NCBI GenBank assembly: GCA_964430705.1
Contig: CAYSGJ010000186.1
Span: 892-64,891, forward strand
DNA from: an uncultured Desulfobacterales bacterium
GTDB taxonomy: Bacteria > Desulfobacterota > Desulfobacteria > Desulfobacterales > C00003060
Direction: 5' to 3'
Length of the DNA: 64,000 nucleotides
Each line of letters opens with the position of its first letter. The first letter of the stretch is position 1. Positions 45,682-55,540 of the stretch are shown here, one piece after another. The position numbers and the translations under genes were made by a program. The notes beneath the pieces were generated by a model, which was not told the DNA's origin, made no database searches, and saw only the letters and a program-made list of their open reading frames with translations.

Positions 45682-45897
45682 CTATACCCCATTGCCATAT
45701 TCCGTAATGGTCAGCACGACCGGTTTCTTCGTGAGGCCTTCGATAGAGAGGTAAGCGGCACCCTGTGTGTACAGCCCGTCCTCAATCTTCTGGACCAATG
45801 TCTTCAACGTACTATCGGTGTCCGGGGTGATGCTGATTTTGGTCTTTGCTTGCACCGTGCGGTTGTCATCAGACAGTTGTAAGTTGATGTTTTTCAT
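45682..45897 (-). CDS. Small hypothetical protein (71 aa)
   Basis: MKNINLQLSDDNRTVQAKTKISITPDTDSTLKTLVQKIEDGLYTQGAAYLSIEGLTKKPVVLTITEYGNGV. AT-rich palindromes lie upstream. Confidence 0.4.
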   Translation of the reverse strand: MKNINLQLSDDNRTVQAKTKISITPDTDSTLKTLVQKIEDGLYTQGAAYLSIEGLTKKPVVLTITEYGNGV

Positions 45898-46262
45898 AGT
45901 CCACCTCCATGGTCTGCGCCTACGGGATGTTAGCCATGCTTACCTCGGCCTCTCAAACTTAAGTTATTCTAATAATAACAAGGTGTTACCTAATATTAGG
46001 GCCTGCTTGGCATTCCGTCAAGTAAAATCGACACAAGGTGCTTTAGTCTGATAAGAGACCGGAAAATCGCACATGAAGGCCCAACACCCTTTTACGGCCT
46101 GACGGAAACATACAAGTCAAGGGGCCGGAGCCGGAAGAACCCATAGAAAAAGAGTTTTGGCCGGTGGGATGAGGTGGTCTTGATATGGGTTGTCCGAATG
46201 TCATAAGGAAGGACAACCACACAACGTGTCCTGAAGTGTCAAGGGGTTATGGACTCGGATCT

Positions 46263-49200
46263 CTAATGCCTGCTTTCCAGAAGATACCTGGTGTAGGCCT
46301 CCCGGATTCGGGCAAAAGCAGTGTTGAGTGCCTCTGTAAACCTGTCGGCGGTTGTGTCGATGCCCAGGACCCTTTTGGCCAAAGCCGTGAGTTCTTTTGA
46401 ACTGCTCGGCAGGGCATGAACCTGGCGGTCTTCCAGTATCTGAAGGTGGTGCTCCACCCGCCGCAAGAACAGATAGTCCGTCCTGAGCTGGAAGGCCACG
46501 GATTCGGGAAGTATTCCGGAGTCCCTGAGCCTGTCCAAAGCCATGAGCGTATTGGCTGCCGGCACAGGATGATTGTTCGGGCCATGGATCAGTTGCAGCC
46601 CTTGAACCAGGAATTCCACATCCCGCAATCCACCCATACCGGCTTTCACGTCTGCGCCTCTTCCCCGACCGGGCAGGGTGATTTTAATGGCTGTTTTCCG
46701 CATTTTTTCTATCGATTGCACGATGTCGTCGCGTTTTCGGTTCCGCATGAGCAACGGCCGTATTTTTTCCAAAAACCGGTATCCGACCTGAAGGTTTCCG
46801 GCGATTGGACGCATTTTTAAGGCCGCTTGAATTTCCCACAGCGACGCCGTGTGTTCATAGTAGTCGATGAGTGCCGGAAGCGACGGAACAAGGCAGCCCT
46901 GGGTGCCGTAGGGCCTGAGCCGAAGATCCACCCGATAGGCGTACCCTTCTTGTGTGTGGGTTGACAGATCGGCCCGCACTCTTTCCATGATACCCACACA
47001 GGCATCCATCCGTGAAGGGCTGAACCCTTCGGGTCGCAGGTCAGAATCTCCGGGAGGACGCTGTAAGCCCATGAGGTCAATGTCCGAGCTGTAATTGAGC
47101 TCAGAACCGCCCAGTTTACCAAAGGCCATGATACAAAAACCACTTTTTACCGCTTCTTTTTCCCGGCTTTCAGCGTGGGCGTTGGCCGGAAGGCTTTCCA
47201 GCACCCGTTCGAGGACCGCCTGGGTAATGGCTTCAGCCAATATCGACAGTTCCAGCATGATTACTTCCGTGCCCACGCCCAGGCACATGTCGCGGGTGCC
47301 TATCCGCAGTATCTCTCGCCTTCTGAAACGACGTATCTTGTTCAACCATTCGCCGGTCGTATCGCAGCTGATGGAAGCCATTCTCAACTCATGTTCCAAG
47401 TCCTGGCGTTTACAGATCTGTTGGAGATTTTTCGGGATCATGATCCAGTCCAGAAAGCCGGGATATTTCACCAAGGTGTCTGCCAGAAACTGGCTGCTGG
47501 AAAAGATTTTTAGCAAGATCTCCAGGCGCATGGGTTGGGACAAAAGGGTGCCGTAGTGGAACTCTACGCTTGGAATGGTACGAATGTATCGTTCCCAATT
47601 GTTCAGCGCCATGTCCGGGTCCGGTGTTCTGGAAAGGATATCAAAAGCCAGCAAACCCAGCCTGGCAAACGCTTGGCGCCGGGGCTCATTTCCCGCCAGG
47701 CTTTGAAGGTTTATGTGCGCCCTGGAAGGATTGTCAAAGCCGGCACGCGACAGGATCCGGTGGCAAAGTTCCGGGGGCGGATTGTCGGACAGTATCAGAT
47801 CGGCGACGGTGCCTGTGACGGGTCCCGGCAGTGAATCCCGGCCGAAATGCCGATCCACAAAAGCGCGGATGGCCGCCATGTGGGTTTCAAGGTCCAGGAG
47901 CAGTCGTTGGAACGGCAGCAGGGCACTTGCCCGAGCGTACCCCATGCGTCTTGCCAGATGGGTGAATTCTTCTGAGTCGACCTCCGGGAGAAACAGATCT
48001 TTGGCCGAGCCTCTCACCATTCTCATGGCGTTGATCAGTTGGCGGAAAAAATCGTATGCGGCATGGAGCCGGGCGGCCTCTCGCCCGGACACAACCCCAA
48101 GGTCGGACAGGGCGGCAAGGGCGGCAAGGGTTTTTGGCGTTCTGAGTTCAGAATCGTTTTCTCCGTACATGACCTGAAGTATTTGAATGGCATATTCCAG
48201 GTCCACAAGGCCTCCCGGGCTGAACTTGGCGTTGAGACGACCGCCGCGGGTTTTTTCGGCGAATTGTTTCTCCCTGAGTCGGCGCAGTTCGTCCGGATTG
48301 ATGCTTCGGGAGGCATAGACCAGCTCATCTCGGATTCTCTCAACCCTGTGCCCCAGCCCGGAATCACCCCCAACCGCCCTGAGTCTGACAAGGGCTAGGC
48401 GTTCATAAGCATGCGCCTCGCCGCTCTTTCCGTAGTAACGACAGAAATTCTCAAGGCTGCAGGCCAATGGCCCGTCATTGCCGTAGGGGCGCAGTCTCAG
48501 GTCGATGTGAAATATGCCCTCTCGCTTTGCCCGAATGTACCCTGTGATTTCCCGGACAAGACGGTCAAAAAACTCGGCATTACCAATGGAATCCACGCCA
48601 TCGGTCGTGCCGTTGTCGCTGTAGACAACGAGCATCTCGATGTCGGACGCATACCCAAGGGCGGCCCCGCCAAGTTTTCCCAGGCCGAATATCGCGAATT
48701 TGGCTTCCAGGTCCGCCGCGGTTCTGGGCCTTCCGAACCGTTCAACGAGGCCCTTGTAAGCAAAGTCGGCTGCGGCCTTTACGATATTTTCCGCCAGGAT
48801 AACGAGTCTTTCGGACAGGGTGTGGAAATCCGAGCCGGGGGTCAAGATATGGTCCAGATCGATCAGAAAAATCTCCCGGTCCTTGAACGCGTTCAGGCGC
48901 TTGCGCTGCTCGTCGGGGGTTGTTGCGCCTGCAAGGGTGGTCGACAACCGCCGGGCCAGGCTGTCGGCGGGCTTGCTCAACCGACGGCCGTTCAACACCG
49001 GATGGAGTATGGGAAGAAGGGTCTCATATTGGGAGCGAATGAAATCTTCCCACAAAAAGTCGCTTGCCCCGAGCAACCGGGCCAAATCGTCCAGTGCGTG
49101 AGGGTTGGAGAGCAATTCCAGCCACCGGCCTCTTTCAGGCAGTTGCAACACGTCCCTTACAAGGAACTCAAAACGCCACAGGGCATCAAAAGGGACGGGC

Positions 49201-50084
49201 GCATTTTTGAGAAAGTATGTGAATTGTTTTGTCAGAAGAACAGAAAATTTTACCCGGTTCAGGGCTTCGGGGTCTTCGATCTTTCTGCCGCCCCCATCCA
49301 CGATGTCGATTTCGTCCATGGCCCGTTCGCCGATAGTGCGGATTCTCACGTGTTCGATGGATATGCGTTGCAGCGACAAGGCGTTGGTCAAGGCGTACAG
49401 GAATGCCGGTGTATCTGAAGAAATGATTTTGAGCCGGGTGAAGGCATCATTGTGGTTGTCGATGTCGATCTCAACGGGAGAAAGGAACGGGCCGGGCCCG
49501 AAATCGAGATCGGCCAATTGGGCCACCACCATGTCGGTAACCCTGTGCCTGGCTTCGGTGATGGTTTCGGGTTGTCCCGTGTGCAGCAAGGCAATGGTCT
49601 TTTCCATCTCAAACGTGAGCTTTTTCGCCCATGCCTTAAAGTCAAGGGCTGTTTTAACCGTGCCGGCAAAGTGGTCTATGATGCGCCGTCTTCTTTCAAT
49701 CTGCGCGTTATTGGAAAGACCACGCCGTAATTGCCTTCCATAGTCCTGTCGGCCGGACTTTTCGGGAATGCGTTTGTAGGTAAAGACATCTCCGGAATTG
49801 ATGTCAAATCCGTGACCGGCCAATATTCCCGTAATAAGCGCAAACAGGTACGGGCGGTCAAAGGATAAAACCGTACAGGATACGGTTGCGTCTCGCTTGG
49901 TATCCAGCAGGACCTGTACGGGACGTTCGTCGGACAGACGGAACAGGCCCTCGATGTGGGCGGCAAGGTCTTTGTTTTCGAAGCTTCGGAAATACCGTTC
50001 GTCCAGGCGCGAGAGGTGCGCATGCAAAAACTTCTCGTCAATGTCGGGACACATTGCCCGTAATGCTTCAATAGTGGGGTTCAC
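46263..50084 (-). CDS. glnE: Glutamine synthetase adenylyltransferase/adenylyl-removing enzyme GlnE with an N-terminal ~300-aa extension carrying two ACT-like domains
   Basis: 1273 aa with two NTase cores, FGLGKLGGAALGYASDIEMLVVY and FGKLGGSELNYSSDIDLMGL. The N-terminus has VLSFDRPYLFALITGILAGHGFDINSGDVFT and LKIISSDTPAFLYALTNALSLQRISIEHVRIRTIGERAMDEIDIV. Confidence 0.85.
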   Translation of the reverse strand: MNPTIEALRAMCPDIDEKFLHAHLSRLDERYFRSFENKDLAAHIEGLFRLSDERPVQVLLDTKRDATVSCTVLSFDRPYLFALITGILAGHGFDINSGDVFTYKRIPEKSGRQDYGRQLRRGLSNNAQIERRRRIIDHFAGTVKTALDFKAWAKKLTFEMEKTIALLHTGQPETITEARHRVTDMVVAQLADLDFGPGPFLSPVEIDIDNHNDAFTRLKIISSDTPAFLYALTNALSLQRISIEHVRIRTIGERAMDEIDIVDGGGRKIEDPEALNRVKFSVLLTKQFTYFLKNAPVPFDALWRFEFLVRDVLQLPERGRWLELLSNPHALDDLARLLGASDFLWEDFIRSQYETLLPILHPVLNGRRLSKPADSLARRLSTTLAGATTPDEQRKRLNAFKDREIFLIDLDHILTPGSDFHTLSERLVILAENIVKAAADFAYKGLVERFGRPRTAADLEAKFAIFGLGKLGGAALGYASDIEMLVVYSDNGTTDGVDSIGNAEFFDRLVREITGYIRAKREGIFHIDLRLRPYGNDGPLACSLENFCRYYGKSGEAHAYERLALVRLRAVGGDSGLGHRVERIRDELVYASRSINPDELRRLREKQFAEKTRGGRLNAKFSPGGLVDLEYAIQILQVMYGENDSELRTPKTLAALAALSDLGVVSGREAARLHAAYDFFRQLINAMRMVRGSAKDLFLPEVDSEEFTHLARRMGYARASALLPFQRLLLDLETHMAAIRAFVDRHFGRDSLPGPVTGTVADLILSDNPPPELCHRILSRAGFDNPSRAHINLQSLAGNEPRRQAFARLGLLAFDILSRTPDPDMALNNWERYIRTIPSVEFHYGTLLSQPMRLEILLKIFSSSQFLADTLVKYPGFLDWIMIPKNLQQICKRQDLEHELRMASISCDTTGEWLNKIRRFRRREILRIGTRDMCLGVGTEVIMLELSILAEAITQAVLERVLESLPANAHAESREKEAVKSGFCIMAFGKLGGSELNYSSDIDLMGLQRPPGDSDLRPEGFSPSRMDACVGIMERVRADLSTHTQEGYAYRVDLRLRPYGTQGCLVPSLPALIDYYEHTASLWEIQAALKMRPIAGNLQVGYRFLEKIRPLLMRNRKRDDIVQSIEKMRKTAIKITLPGRGRGADVKAGMGGLRDVEFLVQGLQLIHGPNNHPVPAANTLMALDRLRDSGILPESVAFQLRTDYLFLRRVEHHLQILEDRQVHALPSSSKELTALAKRVLGIDTTADRFTEALNTAFARIREAYTRYLLESRH

Positions 50085-50233
50085 AAGGAATCCTTTTTCA
50101 TGTCGCGCTGCCCGGCAAAGACACTCGAGTCACACCGAGCATACAAACAATACACCTCCCGGAGGGTTATTGAATAACAAATATCGTATAGCACAACACA
50201 TGGTCTTTCGTCAGGGAGCCCTTCTCTTTCCCC

Positions 50234-50286
50234 AAAAAAACAACCCCGAAAAAGGGTTTCCTGTCAGGAAAGCCCTTTGTCGGGGT
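50234..50286 (-). terminator. Intrinsic terminator of glnA (long imperfect hairpin plus U-tract)
   Basis: The reverse strand reads ACCCCGACAAAGGGCTTTCCTG-a-CAGGAAACCCTTTTTCGGGGT, followed by TGTTTTTTTGGGG. Confidence 0.65.
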
Positions 50287-50303
50287 CATGGCGGCAGCGA
50301 AGT

Positions 50304-51728
50304 CTAAATGTCGTAATACAAGGCAAACTCCCACGGATGGGGCCGCAGATCAAGGGCCTGTACTTCCCTTTCCATCTTGTAGGATATCCATGTCTCAATC
50401 ACATCCGAGGTAAAGACATCGCCTTTGAGCAAAAAGGCATTGTCCGCCTCAAGCGCCACGAGGGACTCGCGCAATGAGCCCGGCGTGGTCGGAACTTTGG
50501 CAAGCTCTTCCCGTGGAAGATCGTAGATATCCTTGTCCAGAGGGTCGCCGGGATCGATTTTGTTCTGAATGCCGTCTATGGCGGCCATCAGTATGGCGGA
50601 AAATGCCAGATAGGGGTTGCAGCTTGGATCCGGACATCGGAATTCAACCCGTTTGGCCTTGGCGGAAGCCGAATACATGGGGATCCGTATGGCGGCGCTT
50701 CGGTTTCGACTCGAATAGGCCAGGTTTACCGGCGCCTCAAAGCCTGGAACCAAGCGTTTGTAGCTGTTTGTCGTGGGGTTCGTGAAGCCCAAAAGGGCGG
50801 GGGCGTGTTTCAAAATGCCGCCGATGGCATACATGGCCATTTCCGAAAGCCCGGCATACCTGTCACCGGCAAAGAGGTTTTCGTTGCCCTTCCACAGTGA
50901 GATGTGGGTGTGCATACCGGTGCCGTTATCGTTAAAAAGGGGTTTGGGCATAAAAGTAACCGTCTTGCCGTGTTTTCGGGCCGTGTTCTTAATAACGTAC
51001 TTGTACTTCAGAAGCTTGTCCGCCATCTCCACCAGAGGCGAAAACCGCATATCGATTTCCGCCTGCCCGCCCGTGGCGACTTCATGGTGCTGGGCTTCAA
51101 TAAAAATGCCCATTTTTTCCATGGTCAACATCATTTCGCTGCGGATGTCCTGCTGGCTGTCAGTAGGGGGCACGGGGAAATAGCCTTCTTTGTAACGAGG
51201 CTTGTAGCCCAGGTTCGGATCTTCCCGGCGGCCCGTATTCCAGCGGCCTTCCACGGAATCGATGTAATAATAGCCTTCGTGTTCGTTCTGACCGAAACGG
51301 ATGTCATCAAAGATAAAGAACTCCGCCTCAGGGCCGAAATAAGCGATATCGGCAATCCCGGAATTCTTAAGGTAGCTTTCCGCCTTGCGGGCGATGTTCC
51401 GGGGATCCCGTGTGTAGTCTTCGCCGGTAACCGGGTCGCAAATATTGCAGATCAATACCAGGGTCTTGGCAGCAAAAAACGGGTCTATAAAGGCTGTTTC
51501 CGGGACGGGCTTTACCAGCATGTCGGATTCATTGATGGCCTGCCATCCCCGGATACTGGAACCGTCAAAGCCCAGTCCGGCCTCAAAGGCCCCTTCATCC
51601 AGCTCCCTCGCGGGAATGGAAAAGTGCTGCCACAAACCGGGGAAATCCATAAACCGAAGGTCGATGACCTCCACCTTTTCCTTTTCGACTAAAGCCAGAA
51701 CCTCCGTTGGTGTTTTCAAACTCATCAT
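50304..51728 (-). CDS. glnA: Glutamine synthetase type I (beta-type, with adenylylation-loop motif)
   Basis: 474 aa. It contains MHTHISLW and [15 protein letters not shown], which matches the NLYDLPPEE adenylylation site of enteric GlnA. Confidence 0.93.
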   Translation of the reverse strand: MMSLKTPTEVLALVEKEKVEVIDLRFMDFPGLWQHFSIPARELDEGAFEAGLGFDGSSIRGWQAINESDMLVKPVPETAFIDPFFAAKTLVLICNICDPVTGEDYTRDPRNIARKAESYLKNSGIADIAYFGPEAEFFIFDDIRFGQNEHEGYYYIDSVEGRWNTGRREDPNLGYKPRYKEGYFPVPPTDSQQDIRSEMMLTMEKMGIFIEAQHHEVATGGQAEIDMRFSPLVEMADKLLKYKYVIKNTARKHGKTVTFMPKPLFNDNGTGMHTHISLWKGNENLFAGDRYAGLSEMAMYAIGGILKHAPALLGFTNPTTNSYKRLVPGFEAPVNLAYSSRNRSAAIRIPMYSASAKAKRVEFRCPDPSCNPYLAFSAILMAAIDGIQNKIDPGDPLDKDIYDLPREELAKVPTTPGSLRESLVALEADNAFLLKGDVFTSDVIETWISYKMEREVQALDLRPHPWEFALYYDI

Positions 51729-51779
51729 GTTTTTACCTCCTTGAATGATTTTCTGTTGAAATAATTATGTGTTTTTAAG

Positions 51780-51794
51780 GCAAGGGATATGCCA
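51780..51794 (-). promoter_or_regulatory. Sigma-54 promoter of glnA
   Basis: The reverse complement is TGGCAT-ATCCC-TTGCC, about 50 nt upstream of the ATG at 51728. Confidence 0.7.
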
Positions 51795-52086
51795 CAGAGA
51801 AAAGAGGGAGAATTTTGCCTGAAGAACAAGCAGTTAGGCTGACAACCCGGCATTTGACGCTTCCTGTCAAAACGACAAATTTGTATGGTTGTCGCCCCGT
51901 ATCATGCGAAATCGTAGCAAGCCTTGCGCGTGTGGGAAAAATGGGTCGGACTGTGTCCATACCGTTGGCGCCGGTTGTCCTTAGGCCTTCTCGGGCGTTG
52001 TTATGCATCATTCCGGAAGCCGGGACAGAGAAGATTCCATCTCCCGAAAACGCGACAATCGCCGGATCCGGGACCGTGGTTGTAAA

Positions 52087-52115
52087 TTGACAAAGGACCA
52101 TGCTTTATATATATG
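52087..52115 (+). promoter_or_regulatory. Sigma-70-type promoter of the second glutamine synthetase gene
   Basis: TTGACA (52087-92) is followed 15-17 nt later by TATATATATG, giving several possible -10 registers. Confidence 0.5.
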
Positions 52116-52157
52116 GAAACATTGTTTATTAATGGATTTGAGAGGAGGAGTACATCC

Positions 52158-53516
52158 ATGCAGGCAGGAGGAACACAGGAGGCGGCAATGATTTGCCGGA
52201 CGCAAGAGGATGTGGCCAAAGTGGTCAAGGATGCCGGCATCAGCTTCATTCAATTCTGGTTTACCGATGTGTTGGGCATCTTAAAGAGTTTCGCCGTCAC
52301 GCCTTCGGAGTTGGACGAAGGCATGACTGAAGGCATGGGCTTTGATGGCTCTTCCATTGAGGGTTTTGCCAGAATAGAAGAAAGCGACATGATCGCCAAA
52401 CCGGACCCAACCACGTTTCAGTTCCTTCCCTGGAGGTCGGGAGACAGGCCGGTGGCCAGAATGTTCTGTGACATTTTGCGGCCGGACGGCACGCCCTACG
52501 AAGCCGATCCCAGATACGTACTGAAGCGGGTACTCAAAAAAGCGGCGGACAAGGGATATATCTTTTATCTTGGCCCCGAGCTGGAATACTTCTACTTTAG
52601 GAGCAATGAGGCCCCCGAGATCATCGACAGGGGCGGATATTTTGACACAAGACCGTTGGATATGGGCAGCGACTTGAGAAGAGAGACCATTTTTGCACTT
52701 CAAAAAATGGGAATTCAGATAGAATACAGCCACCATGAAGTTGCCCCAAGCCAGCACGAGATCGACATGCGTTACGACGAAGGTCTGAAAATGGCTGATA
52801 AGTGCATGACCATGAAGATCGTGATCAAAGAAATTGCCAGGCAAAACGGGGTGTATGCCACCTTCATGCCCAAGCCTATTTTCGGGGAAAACGGCAGCGG
52901 CATGCATACCCACCAATCCTTGTTCACGGGAAAGCGGAATGCCTTTTTTGACCCACAGGATCCCTACCTTTTGTCTGCCATAGGAAAATGCTACATTGCC
53001 GGGATCCTGAAGCATGCCCGCGAAATGGCGGCCATAACCAATCAGTGGGTGAACTCCTACAAACGTCTGGTGCCCGGCTATGAGGCGCCGGTATATGTTT
53101 CCTGGGCCAGGCGGAACCGGTCCGCCATGGTTCGGGTGCCCATGTACAAACCCGGCAAAGAGCAGGCCACGCGGATGGAGTTTCGCTCTCCTGATGCCAC
53201 GTGCAACCCCTACCTGGCGTTTGCCGTCATGTTGGCCGCGGGACTGAAGGGGATCGAGGAAAATTATCCTCTTCCCGACCCTGTGGAAGAAGACATCTAT
53301 GAAATGGACGAGGCGGCGCGGGAAAAGGCCGGCATTGCATCGTTGCCGGGCAGTCTATTTGAAGCCATCCTGGAGGTGGAACAAAGCCGGTTGGTGCGGG
53401 AAACCCTGGGTGATCATATTTTCAACAAGTTTGTGCAAAACAAAAAGATCGAATGGGACCAATACAGAACCCATGTAAGTCAATTCGAGATTGAAAAGTA
53501 TCTGCCCATTATGTAG
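52158..53516 (+). CDS. glnA: Glutamine synthetase type I (alpha-type, ~452 aa)
   Basis: The start is at MQAGG after a GAGGAGG RBS. Motifs are GFDGSSIEGFARIEESDM, MHTHQSLF and NPYLAFAVMLAAGL. Confidence 0.9.
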   Translation: MQAGGTQEAAMICRTQEDVAKVVKDAGISFIQFWFTDVLGILKSFAVTPSELDEGMTEGMGFDGSSIEGFARIEESDMIAKPDPTTFQFLPWRSGDRPVARMFCDILRPDGTPYEADPRYVLKRVLKKAADKGYIFYLGPELEYFYFRSNEAPEIIDRGGYFDTRPLDMGSDLRRETIFALQKMGIQIEYSHHEVAPSQHEIDMRYDEGLKMADKCMTMKIVIKEIARQNGVYATFMPKPIFGENGSGMHTHQSLFTGKRNAFFDPQDPYLLSAIGKCYIAGILKHAREMAAITNQWVNSYKRLVPGYEAPVYVSWARRNRSAMVRVPMYKPGKEQATRMEFRSPDATCNPYLAFAVMLAAGLKGIEENYPLPDPVEEDIYEMDEAAREKAGIASLPGSLFEAILEVEQSRLVRETLGDHIFNKFVQNKKIEWDQYRTHVSQFEIEKYLPIM

Positions 53517-53636
53517 GACGGCTTCGCGAAATGCCCATCTGTCTCAGGATTTTGGTAACGCTGCAACAGCAAATCATGCCCCCTGGGCTTAGACCAAAGC
53601 CGGGCCTTCCGGACCCGGATCTTTGCTTCTTTTCGG

Positions 53637-55301
53637 GTGTCTATGAAAATCGCTTTGGCCCAAGTTAATCCGACCATCGGGGATTTCGAAAAAAACACAG
53701 AGACGATCAGGGCCTTTGCCGGCCGAGCCGGAGCGTTGGGCTGTGATCTGGTCGTGTTTCCCGAGCTTGCTGTTTCCGGCTATCCGCCGAGGGATCTATT
53801 GGAACGCAAGGACTTTGTGCAAGGCAACATCGGATACCTTCACAATCTTGTAAATTCGGTGGAAGGGATCGGCGTCATCTGCGGGTTCGTGGACGAAAAC
53901 CCCCATGACACGGGATATCCGCTTCACAACTCGGCCGTCCTTTTTGAATCCGGCAAAATCCTGCATCAAGTCCACAAAAGGCTGCTTCCCGATTACGATG
54001 TCTTTGACGAAAGCAGGTATTTCGAACCGGGCATAGATTGTTCTTCATTCCTTTATAAAGGCTATAACCTGGGGTTGACCATCTGTGAAGATATTTGGAA
54101 CGACCGAAGCCTTTTTCCCCGCAGGCTTTATCCCGTAGATCCCGTGGAGCGCATGGTTCAGGACGGCGCAAACCTCATCATCAACATCTCATCGTCTCCG
54201 TATTATAGAGGAAAACAGGAATTCAAGCGGAAGCTGTTCGCGGGCATTACCGGCAAATATCGCGTTCCACTGGTATATGTCAACCAGGTGGGAGGAAACG
54301 ACAGCCTGCTTTTCGACGGCTTGAGCGTGGTCTTTGATTCGGCGGGTCGCATGGTTGCCGGGGCCGTAGATTTTGAGGAGGACCTGGTGGTTTGGGATAC
54401 CGACACCGGCACAGGAGAAATGCATTCGGTGTCGGAAACGCCGGATCGGTCCGTATTGAAAGCACTCATCGTGGGCACGCGGGATTATGTCCAAAAATGC
54501 GGGTTCTCGAAGGCGGTGGTGGGCTTGAGCGGCGGCGTCGATTCAGCGCTGACCGCCGCCATCGCCGTTCGGGCTCTGGGAAAAGAACATGTCACGGGCA
54601 TGTTCATGCCCTCTCAGTTCACTGCGCGGGAAAGCCGCGAGGATGCCAAGTCTCTTGCGGACAATTTGGGGATAACCTGTTTGCAATTTCCTATTTCAGG
54701 CATCTTCGATGGTTTTCTGGAGGCATTGTCCCCTGTTTTTCAACAGATCGAGACGGAAATCACGGGCCAAAACATACAGGCTCGGATTCGGGGCGCACTC
54801 CTCATGGCCTTTTCCAACAAGGCTGGGGCACTGCTTCTTTCGACGGGAAACAAGTCTGAACTCGCCGTCGGTTACTGCACGTTGTATGGGGATATGAGTG
54901 GCGGTCTCTCTGTTATTGCCGATGTGCCCAAGATGATGGTCTACGAACTGGCCCGCCTCATCAATGAAAAAGGGGAAGTAATTCCCCCACGCATTTTGGA
55001 AAAACCGCCTTCCGCGGAGTTGAAGCCTGATCAGCGGGATCAAGACGACCTGCCCCCTTACGAGGTCCTTGACGGCATCCTGGCCGCCTACATTGAGGAA
55101 AACAAGACCGAGGAAGAGATCATTGCCGAGGGATTTGACGAAGCCGTCGTGAAGGAGACGATTTGCAGGATCCATCGCAACGAGCACAAGCGTTATCAAG
55201 CCCCGCCGGGGTTAAAGGTAACCACCAAGTCCTTCGGGTCCGGCAGGCGCTACCCCATGGCCCAACGATATCTTCCCGGATGTTATTACGACACTGCGTG
55301 A
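53637..55301 (+). CDS. nadE: Glutamine-dependent NAD+ synthetase (CN-hydrolase + NAD synthase domains)
   Basis: MKIALAQVNPTIGDFEKN...VVFPELAVSGYP...LSGGVDSALTAA. Confidence 0.92.
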   Translation: MSMKIALAQVNPTIGDFEKNTETIRAFAGRAGALGCDLVVFPELAVSGYPPRDLLERKDFVQGNIGYLHNLVNSVEGIGVICGFVDENPHDTGYPLHNSAVLFESGKILHQVHKRLLPDYDVFDESRYFEPGIDCSSFLYKGYNLGLTICEDIWNDRSLFPRRLYPVDPVERMVQDGANLIINISSSPYYRGKQEFKRKLFAGITGKYRVPLVYVNQVGGNDSLLFDGLSVVFDSAGRMVAGAVDFEEDLVVWDTDTGTGEMHSVSETPDRSVLKALIVGTRDYVQKCGFSKAVVGLSGGVDSALTAAIAVRALGKEHVTGMFMPSQFTARESREDAKSLADNLGITCLQFPISGIFDGFLEALSPVFQQIETEITGQNIQARIRGALLMAFSNKAGALLLSTGNKSELAVGYCTLYGDMSGGLSVIADVPKMMVYELARLINEKGEVIPPRILEKPPSAELKPDQRDQDDLPPYEVLDGILAAYIEENKTEEEIIAEGFDEAVVKETICRIHRNEHKRYQAPPGLKVTTKSFGSGRRYPMAQRYLPGCYYDTA

Positions 55302-55471
55302 CCCCGTTGCCCCAAGGTTTATTGGCCTTTTTCGGGAGACCGGGGGGCTTGCCGGCGGCGCTTTACCCAAATTTGTTGCATTTCCCCGAAATTTACGACG
55401 AAAACGTAATTTTTTGAGGCGACTTACATCGCCATGTTTCCTAACTAATTAATATTTAGAGAAAATTTCCC

Positions 55472-55486
55472 TGGCATATATCTTGC
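55472..55486 (+). promoter_or_regulatory. Sigma-54 promoter of the split glutamate synthase operon
   Basis: TGGCAT-ATATC-TTGCC lies 55 nt upstream of the GTG at 55541. Confidence 0.7.
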
Positions 55487-55540
55487 CTCGCATTGAATTC
55501 GCGGATTCGATTCCGCCTATAACCAGCAAGGAGATGCACC

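Noticed and set aside
48411-49418. 335-aa plus-strand ORF inside glnE (plus several 100-210-aa ORFs at 47095-49743)
   Set aside because: They lie antisense to the GlnE reading frame, which carries both nucleotidyltransferase motifs. No independent support.
51775-52253. Several 80-108-aa ORFs in the glnA/glnA divergent intergenic region
   Set aside because: They overlap both promoters and each other, and have no RBS or motifs.
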